Shown here piece by piece: positions 1-13,703 of a stretch of 62,695 bases of DNA (positions within the stretch are counted from its first letter, which is position 1; every line of letters begins with the position of its first letter). The notes below the pieces were generated by a model. The model ran no database searches. It worked only from the letters and a program-made list of their open reading frames with translations, and was not told the DNA's origin. This DNA comes from Girardia tigrina (Eukaryota), in contig MQRK01187577.1 of assembly GCA_001938485.1 (NCBI GenBank), positions 34,571 to 97,265 of the forward strand. Reading direction: 5' to 3'. The position numbers and the translations under genes are program-made.

Positions 1-160
1 AATTTTTTTTATAATATTGTATTGTCATCGGAAGCAAGCCTGTATAAAAAAATTCAGCTCAATTGGATGACTGAAAGTGGTCGAAAAATCAATCGCAAGA
101 TTTGTTCCAGACAAACAGAAACAGACAGACAAGAAAGCAAGCTAATAAAAACGTGGTAAA
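1..160. mobile_element. End of a non-autonomous Helitron/HINE-like element with (CAGA)n microsatellite
   Basis: cagacaaacagaaacagacagacaag tract followed by gcaagctaataaaaacgtggtaaaaa. The layout resembles DINE-1/HINE ends; truncated by the window edge. Confidence 0.4.
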
Positions 161-1545
161 AATAAAACCTAATGTTCTACAAAAATGAGTTCAAAAATAA
201 AATTTACATATATTTTTTGTTCTCATTTTAAAATATAACTAATCAGGCTACTTTTGAAGACATTGCGTAAAACAAAAAAATGTTATTTGTAATTTTCAAT
301 ACGTCCTAGTTAACTTAAACTTAAGTTGTACATCTCTTGATATCATTAAGCAAATGACCGTTAAAATGTTATTAATAATATCGAAGGAAATCTTCTCTAG
401 TAAAATTCACATCGAAGAACTTAATAAAAATAACTAAACGTTTACTGTTGTAGGTGATTCAATGAAATATAAAAAATGATGACTGTATATTTTTCATTAT
501 TCTTTCAAGCAAATGTATTAATTGTTGTAAGGTTAAGTTTGTCATCCTAATTATTAATAGCACCATTATGAGTAAATATTTATTTTCTATTTCCATGATA
601 AGTTGTTATTTAGATCATTTAATTAATTTAGAATTTGTTTTATTTTATAAGTATTTAATGACTATTTTAAAAGTAGGTAAAATTTTTCAATTATTTAATT
701 GTTCTTGACAAAAAATAGACTAAAATTAATTTAAATTATTGTTTTTTTTAAATTGGGGGATGATAAAAGCATTGTAAAGAGTGAATATATTTAAATTTAT
801 AATCTACTAGTGGATGAACCCTAGGTACATTAAGAAAATTTGATAGTACGTGAAATTATTCGTGATGATCTCAAAGTAGATCAAACGTGTTAATAATAGT
901 AGATGAGCGCTCAGATTGCCTTCGGAAGGCTTCGCTAACGGCACTCATTTTGAAATACTACAATCAAAGACAAGGGTAACTCTGACCTTCATCTTAGTTG
1001 GATAAGGTTTGTAGAATGTTTGATTGTATTTGATCATACCGTCTCTAAACACATATCGAATAGAAAAAACAGACATTCTTTGATCTACCCCGTGCATAAA
1101 AAACGTTTGGTTACATTTTGTCAAACCATTTTTAATTGATGCGCAAACAAATAAAAGGATGATCATCTTTATATATAAGTTTATCAATCTGTCTCATATA
1201 GCTGGTATAATGTAATGTCAATTCTGAAGTAACTTTTTCATTTGTATAACCTTCAAACGACAAATTCAATTGTAAAAATTATTCTGATTTTCGAGAACTT
1301 TATGTTTAATAAAATCCTAATGTTAAGAACAGTAAAGATTGGGAAGTGACAATTTTTTGTTGATTTAAACGATTTCTGCTAATATTATTCGACTGTTTAT
1401 TAATTTCCTTTATTTTGTATGCATATGATGGAACGTGTTGATATTATTCTTCATTGTGTAAATATTCAAGCCAATATTACACAACGTAAATGTACACGAA
1501 AGAAAACAATAATTATGTAATTTCTTTGAAATATTTTGTAAAATA

Positions 1546-1613
1546 TCAGACCAAGATGTCGAACCTATAATCGTAGGGATGTGGAACATAAACCGCGATG
1601 TCTTTTCCACTAT
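1546..1613 (-). CDS. Putative last coding exon of the EEIG1/FAM102-like gene (DSGKDIAVYVPHPYDYRFDILV*)
   Basis: ttttcag acceptor at 1614; phase 1 matches upstream exons; TGA at 1548-1546; AATAAA about 135 nt downstream. No homology support. Confidence 0.45.
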
Positions 1614-1670
1614 CTGAAAACAGAATCCTGAAATTGTCTAATTTTCCTTTCTACCTCTACTTCTTCATAC

Positions 1671-1688
1671 CGAGTGTGTGAGATTCCT
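1671..1688 (-). CDS. Putative 18-nt symmetric microexon of the EEIG1/FAM102-like gene (EESHTL)
   Basis: cttgatcag acceptor, GTATGA donor, phase 1-1, 57-nt intron to the 1613 exon. Confidence 0.35.
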
Positions 1689-2730
1689 CTGATCAAGAGA
1701 CCATTAACAAAACAACTTAAATCCCAAATGAAGAGTGACAGGGATTTCTATAATATTCAATCTAAATATGTTAATAGACTGGTAATTTATTTACAGGAAA
1801 TTAGAAATTCCAAATTTAGAACTTGAGACAAATGTGTACAATAGTTCTTATTTATCTTTTTATTTAACATTTAAAGCTTCTTGTTTCTGAAATTTCTTCA
1901 ATACTGTGAAACAATAATTCTCAAAATTTCTAATGCCACAATTATTATCTGAATACAAAACAGAGTAAATAATAAGGATAAATTTCAGAATTTGCAGTTG
2001 AGGAGCGATGGCATAGCGATGCTGATTAAGGACGAAATGAAACTATGTTAGTGAAACAGATTTAATACTCCTCATAAAGGTTCGGACATTCTGAAGATGA
2101 GATTGAAAAAGAATATTACCATACAATATCTTTGAAAACGGATAAAGCAATAATTGGATATGAAATTTATGAGAAAGAACGGTAAATGAAGAATGAATGA
2201 TTAATAAATGAGATAAAACTATAATTTTATAATAAATAAAAATGCTATAATTTATAAATGGGACATCCAGTTATTTTCTTGAGATTTAGGCATGGTATGA
2301 TTGATTACTATGACAATCACTCATCGTTCACAATAAAGGTGAAATAAAGGAGACATGAATCGCCAACTTTGAGCCCGTATAAGTGATCAGACAACCAAGT
2401 CAGAACAGTAAAGTCTGCGAACATTTCATGACACGCCAGAATAAAGTCAACTGATTTAAAGGATGAATCATCAATTCTGATGACGAATTTTGAAATACAT
2501 TATGCACGGACATTTTGGAAGTCATTATTGATCAGACATCATAACCCTTTAATGAATGTTTAAAAAGGAAGCAGTATAGATGACACAATTTAAAATATTT
2601 TATTTTATTGTATTTATTAATTATATAAGGCTTTAAAATTAAAAATTAGTAATAGAGGTTCTGAAAGTTTTTTTAATTAAATAAAAACTTTTTACTTTGT
2701 CTTGAATTAAAATTGTATTAGTATTATATT

Positions 2731-3188
2731 TGTGAGGAATATTTGGTGTGTGGATGTTTTTGTGTAGTTTTTGTATGTTTAAATGTTGTATGTTGATTTG
2801 GGATTGTGCCTCTCCTAACCAGATGGATTGTCAATATTTAANNNNNNNNNNNNNNNNNNNNNNNNNNNNNNNNNNNNNNNNNNNNNNNNNNNNNNNNNNN
2901 NNNNNNNNNNNNNNNNNNNNNNNNNNNNNNNNNNNNNNNNNNNNNNNNNNNNNNNNNNNNNNNNNNNNNNNNNNNNNNNNNNNNNNNNNNNNNNNNNNNN
3001 NNNNNNNNNNNNNNNNNNNNNNNNNNNNNNNNNNNNNNNNNNNNNNNNNNNNNNNNNNNNNNNNNNNNNNNNNNNATTGAAAAATTGATTGATGGAATCT
3101 AGTGAAAGCCTTACTGTTGATCATCATAAAGATGATAAAAATTGTGAATATAATAAATGTTCTGACAAATGTGTGAGTTCTCTTAACA
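2731..3188 (+). mobile_element. Solo LTR (family 'tgtgagg...cttaaYa'), spans an N-gap
   Basis: Starts TGTGAGG, ends cttaaCA, 5-bp TSD ATATT at 2726-2730 and 3189-3193. Confidence 0.8.
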
Positions 3189-4849
3189 ATATTAGTATTA
3201 CTTTTTCCATTCTTTTTATTGACTTACTTTCTATATAGGTCTATATGTGTGCATGGGATTTAGAAAGCTATTTTTGAAGGCTTTTTACTTAATCAATTTT
3301 ATTCACACTTCGTACATTTATTCATTCTCGATGACAATAAATGATAATGTGAAAATTTAATCAAAAAAATATTTTAAGGTCTCAGAATTGGAAAAAAACG
3401 GTCCCATCGGAGTAGCCGAACAATATTAATTAAAAAAGATCTACTTATAAATTATAAGTAGTTTATATTAATTTTTATAGTGTTTTTTGAAATTATTTTT
3501 TAAATTAAAACTTTACACATTTACTCATTTTCGATGACAATAAATGATAATATGAAAATTTGACCAAACTAGTATATCAAAAAAATCTTTGTGCAAAAAA
3601 ACGTTTTACGATTATCCACAAATATTTTAGCTGTTTTAAATACAAATGAATTGGTTTCTTTCCTTCCATGCTTTATGATAAATTTATTATGTTATTAATA
3701 ACTATTTAATTGCAAATGGAGTTGTCAAATTTTTTTAATGAAATTTTCCTTTCTTCAAAAGATAACAAAAAATTTCTGCTGGCCAAGTAGAGTTCTGCCA
3801 GCATTAAGAATGAATATAAAAAATGTTTTTTTTGATTTACTAGTTAGAATTTATTTTTTTAGTATTACACATTAGTATTTAGAATAGTATAGAATTTACC
3901 ATGTTATATTATTATAAAGAATTTAATCGATAGAGCTAATTTTTAAATTTTAGTTTTTAAGGCTTATCAGTTTTTTAAATTAGCTATTTTATAAATTTTT
4001 ATTTATTTACAGTAAATTACAAAATTTTAAAATTATGTTGTTTGTATGTTATGAGTTTTAATATTCTTAATTTGTGAAAAAAATTTAATATTATAATAAT
4101 TTGAATTACCAATTATATTTCAAACATTTTGTTATTTTCAGAAGACTTTATTAAATTATTTTTGTTCTTTCAATGGATGAACCATACGCATGTGTTCTGT
4201 TGAGAACGAAATATGAAGTGGATTTCAATGAATTAATAAACGATCGTTCAAATAAAAAAAATGATTGTTATTTTTAAATAAAATGATAATAGAATAACAA
4301 GTTTTTTATATTAAGAAAAGTTTGAATGTAAATTGGCATTTACAAAGGTCTTAGATAAGAATATTTTTAGTAATGAAAAATTATTTATACTACACTATTA
4401 TATGGTGCGATTTTATCGTAAATCTTATGACAGTAAGTTAGACCGAACCTTTACTTTATAATAAGATTTTTATTAATAATATTCTATTGGAAAACATAGA
4501 TTTAAATCTTAAATATTTTATTTTGTTACTAAAAAGGAGTGAATTATATTTTTTTTATTTATCACCAATCAGATTTCAAAAATTTTGTAATTTTCTGAAG
4601 GCTTTATCTAATTTTTTTATTCTTTCAAACATAAATAAGGGATCGTTGTAAAAAACCAGCCATTATTGATTTCACGTAGAAGTGATGTGAAAGAGGTAGG
4701 ATTTCAGTAAAAGTTTATCTCACTTTATACAATATCTTCATGACTAGGGTTGAGACTTATATTGATAATTATACAGTTTTTTCATGCGTAATACGGAATT
4801 GTTATCACAAAGTATTGAGTGATTTTTTTAAATTTTATAAAGATTTATT

Positions 4850-5480
4850 TTCATGATCTGTTGTGGTTTTACGCAAAAACATACGAGCAAGTGCTATTGA
4901 TAGTCGTTCTTCAATTTCTACTTCTAAGGAAAATAGAAGAATCAGATCTGGTATTTATCAAAGTGAAGCAATCAAGTCTGCAATTGGATTAATGAGTTTT
5001 CATCTGATAAAAGTATTTGTCGAAAAAAAAGTACATCAACTCAAGAAATTGAGGAAGGAATATTGAAAAATTAAAATAATATGGTGAAGGAAGAGAGACG
5101 AATCACAGAGACTCAATGTAAGCAAATCAACTGTACAGAACATGCAGAATGGTAAATTTTGCAGTCGATTCATTTCAAACTTCATGTTTCACACATGAGT
5201 CTCAGGAATCGGTGTTTCCAGGATTAAAACCACAAAAAAATCACTCAGACGTCTACTGCACACTGTTTATTAAAGTTATAAAGTTTATACGAATGGTTTC
5301 ATCTTTTAGCTTTATCATCTTTCTTAACTTTTTTAATTACCTCTGTAAAATTGGAGAATTGAGACAAAAGAAGATGTCAAGAGATTTTTTTATGAAAATG
5401 ATGTTCACCTTCGAAAATGGCTTATTTTCGCTGATGTCGACAATATACGGTGATTTGGATTGTTTGTTATAAACACAAAG
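4850..5480 (+). mobile_element. Heavily decayed Tc1/maT-like transposase remnant
   Basis: Fragmentary frames resembling the HTH and catalytic start of DD37D-type transposases (…SKSTVQ…HSFQ/FKL…); many stops. Confidence 0.35.
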
Positions 5481-5541
5481 TTTCATTGCTGTATCGATAA
5501 TACTTCTATACTATTCAATACTATTCTAAGGATTATGCATC

Positions 5542-5981
5542 TGTGAGGACAATTTTAAATGTTTGATGTTTTGTGTTTGAATGTTGTGTGTTGATTTTGA
5601 ATTGTGTCTCTCCTACCCAGATGGATGATTAATATTTTAATTCTTATTATTTAAAAATATGTAATGTTTAAATTTATTTCTAATTTAAAATAATTGTCAA
5701 ATTTTAAATAAGTTAATTAACTTTATTTACAATTTTAAAATAAATAAATTGATTTAATATTTTTAAAATAATTAATAATTATATTAATTTTAACCAATAA
5801 AATTTTGAATAAATAGTTTAACAATTTATGTATTTCTCCATTTGCTCAAGTTATAAGAATAATGTCATTAATCAATTAGTTAGAATGCAATTGTACGAAA
5901 GCTTTGACAAAGATTGTCTTAAGGACAATCAAAATTGTTGTTTAAATAAAAATATGAAAAGTCAAATTGGCGTTCTTAATA
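5542..5981 (+). mobile_element. Solo LTR, TG...TA ends
   Basis: TGTGAGG start, cttaaTA end, perfect 5-bp TSD GCATC (5537-5541, 5982-5986). Closely similar to the 11527 and 43895 copies. Confidence 0.88.
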
Positions 5982-6719
5982 GCATCCATACTTATTATTA
6001 TTCTAGACCATAATAATATTCAAGACCATATCCAAATTTTATGTAACCTATCAATGTAAACAGTCAAATATAAAATATGAAGTATGTAGTTATTGTAATC
6101 TGTATCACCTTATCTGAGAACAAATTTATACATGATAATATTCATACGCTTTACTTATCAATACATATCCCCATTATATGTGTTCCTGTACGTACTTTTC
6201 ACTAAGGGATACTATTGTTCCTAGTTCACTGTATACTTGTCGATAGTATGGTGGTGCATCCTTAATCGATTCTTGGTGAATCTTCCTTCGCGGTTTACGG
6301 TTCTCCAGCGTCTTTATTTAATACATAATTCTCCTGTAAATAATAAATCGTAACGTTATAATTGTCCTGGATGGTTTCATTTCATTCAATGCAAAATCAA
6401 CAAATGTCTCTCACCAATCGATAATCAGATAACTTCACAAAAGCAATATTTATTTAATTTATCAAAAATGGGAAATAATTCAAATAAAATGGGAAAATGA
6501 TGTGCAAGACTGTTAAATATTTGCGTTAAATTGATGCTGTTTGTATAGTGTGTATGCGTGGAGGTGTGTGCCACTGGCCATTTGGACGATGGGTGTGTGT
6601 GCACGCGTCTGATGAGGCCTGTGCACACGCATCAGTGTGTTGGAGAGTGTTGCGTTGCCAGTGGAGGAATAATTAATTAATTAATTATTAATCGAATATT
6701 TCAAGCGCATCAATCTAAC

Positions 6720-6847
6720 CGTTATTATCGTCCTGTGATATAACCAACTCGATGGGGGACTGGGTCACCGGTGCACTGGCATTGGACCCCCGGTCGAGCG
6801 ATGTGGAATTATTCACGTTCACGCAATTACTCAAGTCTTCTTCGGGT
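6720..6847 (-). CDS. FAM102A: EEIG1/FAM102-like coding exon 4 (IPEEDLSNCVNVNNSTSLDRGSNASAPVTQSPIELVISQDDNN)
   Basis: tttcatttag acceptor. Phase 2 joins exon 3 to give GDPCFRIP (human GDPCFKTP). Donor GTTAGA at 6719, or read-through to TAG. Confidence 0.75.
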
Positions 6848-8294
6848 CTAAATGAAACAAACAAAAAATAATAACGATAATCGTCCATCAGAAATAGAAA
6901 ACAATCGAAAACTAATTTCATTTGTTTCCACAAAAAAATTCTTCGTTTAACGCATTAATTTTGTATAGAGATAAAATTGTTTCCATAGCAGCAAAAAAAG
7001 GAGTATACAAGACTAATTGTAATGTCTTTATTAGTTAATTGTAATTAAAACTTTTACTTATAGATCCTTTTTAAAAAAAGAATAACATTAAATATTAATA
7101 ATTGCATTCAATTAAATCTAAAGAAATTATAAAATAGAAACAAAATAAAGTTAAATTTAGCTCAATAATTAAGGAAATATTAATGTTTCTTTTTTGTATA
7201 ATATTAATAATAATAAATCATGACTGATACACATCTGGAGCAATGTAGTATACTTGATCGGGATCAGTCGCAGTCTTAGCTAACCAACCAATCAAGAAGG
7301 GCCCATACACTTCCTGATCCATCAGTATTTTAGCATTCGACATATCAATAAATATCGCTAAAAATCGAATATGAATTCACATTCCAAACGAAAAACATTT
7401 TAGCTTAATTTTGATGTGTTGTTCATAGCATATAAAAATTAAACCTACATTATTACTTCTAAATTAATGTTGATCATAACATTATATTGTGAATAAGGAG
7501 AACAAAAGCGAACCATCGCAATGAGATAAATAAATTAATGGTACAGAAGAAGCATAAAATCTGATGAATATAGATAGTATAGAGCTATTCTTTGTACGAA
7601 GCCAGATGACAAGTTAAGTGCTCTTTCAGAAAAAAGAGATTCATTAAGACATTTTCCTTTCAGAGTTATTGATATAAAATATCTATTCTTGCTAAAGCAT
7701 TATTAAAAAATTAATGATTTACTGAGAAACGATAAAATGCAAATTGAACAATATGGAATAATGAAGAAAAGGATTGGAAAAAAGGAAAAAACTGAAACTG
7801 TACCTATCCCTGGTGTAAGTCAAGGGTAGTATTTTCAGACATGTAGATGAATAAATAAATCACAGAAGAATAATGTATATTATATTATTATTTTTCTTAT
7901 CAAAATATATTTTTATAACTTGTCTATAAATTTGATAAACAAGAATTCATTAAATTATTCATAAAATTATAGATTTTGTGAAAGGAAATAAAGTATACTG
8001 TATCAAATATTCAACTATTTCCGATAATATGTCCGATAAAGTGAAGAACGAGAAATTATCACCTAAGTAACCATTTATTTCATTGAAATTCACTACATGT
8101 TTCGTTCTTGACAGAACATTATCAGGTGGATCGTCCATTGAGAGAACAAACATTAAACATTCAAAACTAATTCAATCGTCTGTATCAGCACATAAATTTT
8201 CTTTATCAGAAGTTTAATATAAAATACTAATAAATATAGTAAATATATACTTTAAAGAAAATCAACTTTATTGATTTAAAAAAATACACTATAC

Positions 8295-8728
8295 TCCGGC
8301 TAAACCGAACACGGAAAAATTCCCCTACGCTTTCTAATAGAAATTTCGCTGGCTAGACAGAAAACCGAACGACTTATTAGTATTCCCGTATTCGCTCGAC
8401 TTAGCCTTAACTGATCTTCACCTTTTCCGCCCCATATCGAACCATCTTTCTGGTCTTAACTTTGAAAACGAAGTAGCAATAGCAACGTTGATTAAAGAAT
8501 ATTTTGACCAAAAATCACTAAGCTTGTTCAAATTGACAAACTGCCAGAACGGTGGAAGGAAATGATCAATTGTGGAGGAGAATATCTCCCCGATCGAGAC
8601 TGAGATATTTGTTTTTTTAATGATTTAATAAATTCATTTTGTTATCTGGAATTTTTAGCATGGTTTTTATTCTTAAACATTCCCATTTTTTAATTGTAAA
8701 AACCGCACAAACTTATGCACCAAACTAA
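8295..8728 (+). mobile_element. Mariner 3' fragment (pseudogene) with right TIR
   Basis: PYSLDLALTDLHLFRPISNHL resembles the YSPDLAPSDYHLF motif; TIR ccgcacaaacttatgcaccaaactaa followed by TA. Confidence 0.75.
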
Positions 8729-9083
8729 TATTTAAAAAAATTCTAAATTATGTTTAAAAATTTTAATCATTTCTAAATTATTATTTTTTTCCCGCGAAAA
8801 CAAAAGTAGCTAACTCTTCATAATAATAAAGTAAGAATTTTCAAGAACTTTTAAATCTAATAAAAGTTTTAATGAAAAAAAGTTTTTTAAAAAATAATTT
8901 GATTGTCATATACGGAAAATTTTAAATTCGTTTTTTTAAGCGTTCGGAAACAAAAAAGGATAACAAGTTACCGATTGATAATATTAAAGATGATCACATT
9001 AAGCATAATGTACTGTATGGGAAACATATAAAAATAAGAAATGAATACAAGATTAAGAAATTATGAAATTTAGTAAAATTTAA

Positions 9084-9315
9084 CCCTTTGACTACCGAAC
9101 TATTTTTTTACTCATATTAAATAAAAATGAGGAGATGGTTCTAGCGCACAAGCAAACTCGCAACTGACAAGTTTTCAGGTAGTGTGTGTGGATGGCGTGC
9201 AAGAGTACATCCACTATATACAAGTGGGATGCAAATAACCGATTTCGCTAACTAATTTATCTCTGAAATTTTTTGAAATCGCTTGGTACGTATTGTCCCA
9301 ATGGTAGTCAAAGGG
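9084..9315. mobile_element. piggyBac-type MITE
   Basis: TTAA-ccctttgactacc...ggtagtcaaaggg-TTAA. Confidence 0.85.
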
Positions 9316-9528
9316 TTAAAGAATTATAAAATGTTAGATATCGGTGAAATTAAATTGAAAATATTTTTTTTAATTTTTAAATAAATCCCAAACATCGAAT
9401 AATTATATTTAATATGGAAGTTAATTAAATATTCTTTAAAAAAAGTTATTCGTGTACAGTATTTATTCTTTTGACACTTTTTTAAATAAAAAACCACGAA
9501 AATATACGTTAGTCCTTACCCGAATATA

Positions 9529-9647
9529 CAGGGTGTCTGAAAAGACCGATACAACTCACAAATGTGCAATTTATGTCAGTATCATTTTATTTTGATAAAT
9601 AAACTTGTCATGTTTTGAGAAGTGCACCGGACTTTCTGGACCCCCTA
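9529..9647. mobile_element. Short Tc1-like MITE
   Basis: TA-cagggtgtctgaaaagaccg ... ccggactttctggacccccta, an imperfect TIR. Confidence 0.5.
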
Positions 9648-11526
9648 GAATAAAAATTAATGATTTACGGGAAATTTCACCATTCGAAATCTCCGATTAT
9701 TTTAACATTGGCGTGGAAAATTTATGTAAATGATTTTCTTTAAAACATTTTCAAGACTTTAAAATTGATAAGTTGTTTTTGACGATCAGATTCTATTTTA
9801 TACCAAAAAACAATTAAAATAATGTCTAGCTATTATTTCTCTAAAGATTATAAATTGTTAAAAAATTGTTTTTCTCAAGATATATTTGCAATGCTTTTAA
9901 AATAATTATTAATTGATAGTTTCTTTAAAATTTCTATTTCACAACATTTATTTTCTATGTAAACAACATTTAATAAATTTGTCAGCAAGTCATTAATATA
10001 TTTAATATCTACAGGTAGACAGTCTAAAACGGAAATGTGTATAATAAATTAGTCGGCAGAGTACACTTTTTTCTGAACATTTAGAATATTTTAATTTTCC
10101 TTCATTTTATGGGACGAATATAGACGTGAGCACTATTTAATAAAACATAGAGATAGAGCGAACCCTCGCATTCATACTGTTCCGATCACTATCATCATTT
10201 GTAGGCGATTCTGTAGCATGTTTAGCATTTATAAAAAATGATTAAGCTCTTTTATTAATCTTTACAGAGGTCAATTTTTTGCTGATGTCTTAGCAATATA
10301 TTGCATATTTATTTTTGTAAAATATATATCTAAGCACTAATGTTTTTAATGATTAAGTTTTATTAGACTATATATTTATTGGTACAAAATAAATAATTTA
10401 CAACTAACTTTTTTTAAAGCCAGTAAAGCTGATCTAGCTTGTAACACGCGATTTAGTGAATATTTTCATCAATGATTGAATATTTGATCTGCTGATTAAT
10501 AAATCGGTACCGGTGTTGAACCGATCGATTGACGAGTTTAGGCGTTTGATTAAAAATGGTACTTATCCGCAATCATAAAATACTTTTGAAAATGTATAAA
10601 GGACATATTGAGAAAGGAAGACCGTCATGTAAAGTTATGGAAAATAAAAACATTCTACAGGTAATTAAAATTAATGACATGTTTCGAGAAATTATTAATC
10701 TTCATAAAGAGGTCAATTCTATCTTAAATGTCGGAACCCATATGAATTAAAGTAAACGACATTTTACATACGTATTTTACATTGATACTAATAAAAATCG
10801 ATAATCAAACAACAGACAATGAAACAATCACAATGCAATCGAGCAGATTTTAGCCATCATGAATAAGAAGTTCAAATAAAAAAGAAGTTTTTTACGAAGA
10901 TAGATGTAGTGATAGACCTAAATGAGCTTACTGATGCTTGAAAAGATCAATAAAATCACTTTTTCCAGTTTAAATGATAAATTCAAGTGATAAAATTTAA
11001 TAAACATTAATCACTAATACGAACTTTAAACACAGATAAAAAGAAGGTAATGGGATCACAAAAATATAGATTTAGATCAGTAGGGAAGAATGTATAATCA
11101 ATAATCAATTACTTTAGTTAGTTAATAATATTCATTCGTTCAGTAAATGCAACGTTCTATATTATCGAAGTGGATCCTTGTCGTTTTCGGTTTTCTGTAG
11201 AACGGATTAGTTTTATTTAATAGAGATAAATTAGTAGAATCGGGTGATAATGACTTCTCTTTTGCTTAGACTGATTTCGTTAATAAGGATGGATTAATTT
11301 GGTCGGTGACGTTTCTTTTATTTGTTTCTCTAGAATCTGATGGTGATAATCGACTATTGCTTCTTTTTAGTGGGCAAACAATAATTTCAGGTAAGTTAAG
11401 TAGAAAATTCGTTTTAGAATTATTATTGATTAATTAATAATTTTTTACAATTTTAAATTTCAAATTACAGTAGATATTGTCTATATGCAAGTCGCTTGGT
11501 GCCGCAAAAAAAACTTGCATATAGAC

Positions 11527-12267
11527 TGTGAGGAATATTTTGAATGTTTGATGTTTTGTGTTTGAATGTGTATGTTGATTTGGAATTGTGTCTCTCCTAC
11601 CCAGATGGATGATTAATAATTGAATTCTTATTATATAAAAATATGTAATGTTTAAATTTATTTTTAATTTCAAATAATTTTACAATTTTAAATAAGTTAA
11701 CACGTTGACGGACAGTTGCGTCTATAGCCGTCAAGTTCAAGTTCACTATGTGACATGACGGCAATAGCCGTCCAATACGAAACGTCCAATACGAATACAC
11801 CATCGTCCCATTACATAGTGTCTAGAGTCCGCTGGCGCCATGACGGTTGTAGCCGCAACCTAATTAAAGGTGCTGAATTAATCAAAATTAAGTGTATTTA
11901 AGCAGAAAGAGTAAAACTATACTTCTAATATTCTAAAAATTACAAAAACATATAGTGTCAATTTTCGAATTTCACTTGTTTCTACTGTCCGTCAACGTGT
12001 TAATTAATTTTTACAATTTTTAATAAATAAATTAAATTAATATTTTTTAAATAATTAATAATCATTTTAATTTTTATCCAATAAGTTTTGAGTAAATATT
12101 TTATTAAAATATTTATGTCTCAGTTTGCTAAAAATAATAGGAATTAATTCATTAATCAATTTAGTTTAGAATGCAATTGTACGAAAGTTTTGACAAAGAT
12201 TGTCTTATGGACAATCAAAATTGTTGTGTAAATAAAAATATGAAAAGTCAAATCGGTGTTCTTAATA
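11527..12267 (+). mobile_element. Solo LTR (TG...TA) containing a piggyBac-like MITE
   Basis: TSD TAGAC at 11522-11526 and 12268-12272; colinear with the 5542-5981 copy. Confidence 0.88.
11701..11999. mobile_element. piggyBac-like MITE with CACGTT termini
   Basis: TTAA-cacgttgacggacagt...actgtccgtcaacgtg-TTAA; absent from the other LTR copies. Confidence 0.85.
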
Positions 12268-13703
12268 TAGACGAACTTGCATATTGGCAAATCTTTACAG
12301 TAGGTATTGTCTATATGCAATTCGTCTATATGCTTCAGGAAAAGTTGCATTTATGCAATAATTGCATACAGACGAATTGCATATAGGCAATGCCTACTGT
12401 ATATTATTATCATAACGACACTATACATATGTCGTTTTGATAATAATATTATAACCGAAATAAAATAAATAATTAATTTTACATTAATATAAATAACTAG
12501 ATACATAAATAAGAAATATAAATAAACATAAATATACGTAAAAGAAAGAAATACAGATAAATAAATAAATAATATATCATATTAACTGGTGGTACACTAC
12601 AGTAGGCATTACTTTTCTAAGTATGCCCATGTCGCTTCATACATTTCTACCAGCTTTGTACATTTCCTAAGAAATTTTAATGCATTCCTTGAATAACTAT
12701 GCACTGTAAATCCTCAATACCTATGAATACTTCGCTAAATCTCGAAAGAGGTAGTACACGCTTGGAATGATGTCACGGCTATAATGAATGGTGAAACTAA
12801 TAGGTTCAAATCTGAGGAATGTCTGTCGTTTAAATATGATCATTTTCAACCAAAATGACATCAGTATCCCGAATTATATTCAACATAAATCTTAACTGGT
12901 ATGTCCCTGAAGTCTATTTACGCAATGTTTCTACACTAATTTTAACTAATAAAAATATTTATTATATTTTTCTTTTGTGATAATGTCTTTTTTTCTAGTT
13001 TATGAATCTTTTTTAATATTCTTCCTCGTTTATTATTTAAAAAAACATATAATAAAACAATTACATATCAAACTATATTAGTCCTAATTTTATTTCTTCA
13101 TAGAAAGAATTTTCTAATAAATATTTAATGAATAAAAATTGAAAATCATTTTTCAAAGAATGAATATTCAACTTCCAAATTAAATATGGTAATTCGATAT
13201 TTAGCATTTGTTATTTTATAAAAAAATAATTTTCAATTTTAGACATTTGAATAATGATATTTTGTCTCGAAATTAATTTCAAATATTGCCTGAAAGGATC
13301 TTGTAACATGAAAAAGTAAATGGATTGCCATTTTTTCCAACGAAAATGGTAAAAGTTATTGATGTGAATATAATGAAAAAAATAAGGAAATAGGTCTGTT
13401 CCTAAAAATTCAAAACCTTTTTTGTAACCTTTTGAATAATATTTTAGCCATTTTAAATTGGTTTTATTCTTCTTTTGATTTTAATTTGGCGTGACATAAA
13501 ATTGGTCTTCGTTGATATTAGGCGAGCTCATAAAAAATTCATTATTTTCAATTATTAAAGATTGAGGAATGATCAACCATTTCCTTCAGTAATATTGCTA
13601 ATCATTATGTAGTTTGATATAAATAAGAAACTGTACAATATACTACTCTCTCTGTCTGAAAATAAGAGTCCCATTTCTAAATATTAGGTTTTTTTATTAA
13701 TTA

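Larger units (their letters stand above)
11468..12400. mobile_element. Two tandem Tc1/pogo-type MITEs (TIR cagtaggYattgYctatatgcaa); the first is interrupted by a solo LTR
   Basis: Repeated tacagtag(a/g)tattgtctatatgcaa, with inverted ttgcatataggcaatgcctactgta at 12377-12401. Confidence 0.65.

Noticed and set aside
2477-2512. ctgatgacg...gaaatacat as a hammerhead
   Set aside because: Stem II cannot form.
6609-6625. ctgatgaggcc as a hammerhead core or snoRNA C box
   Set aside because: No matching stem II plus GAAA, and no downstream D box.
7225-7330. tRNA or SINE
   Set aside because: No cloverleaf or A/B boxes recognised.
7959-8153. Extra FAM102-like exon
   Set aside because: Exon 3 joins exon 4 in phase with the conserved GDPCFxxP motif; no homology here.
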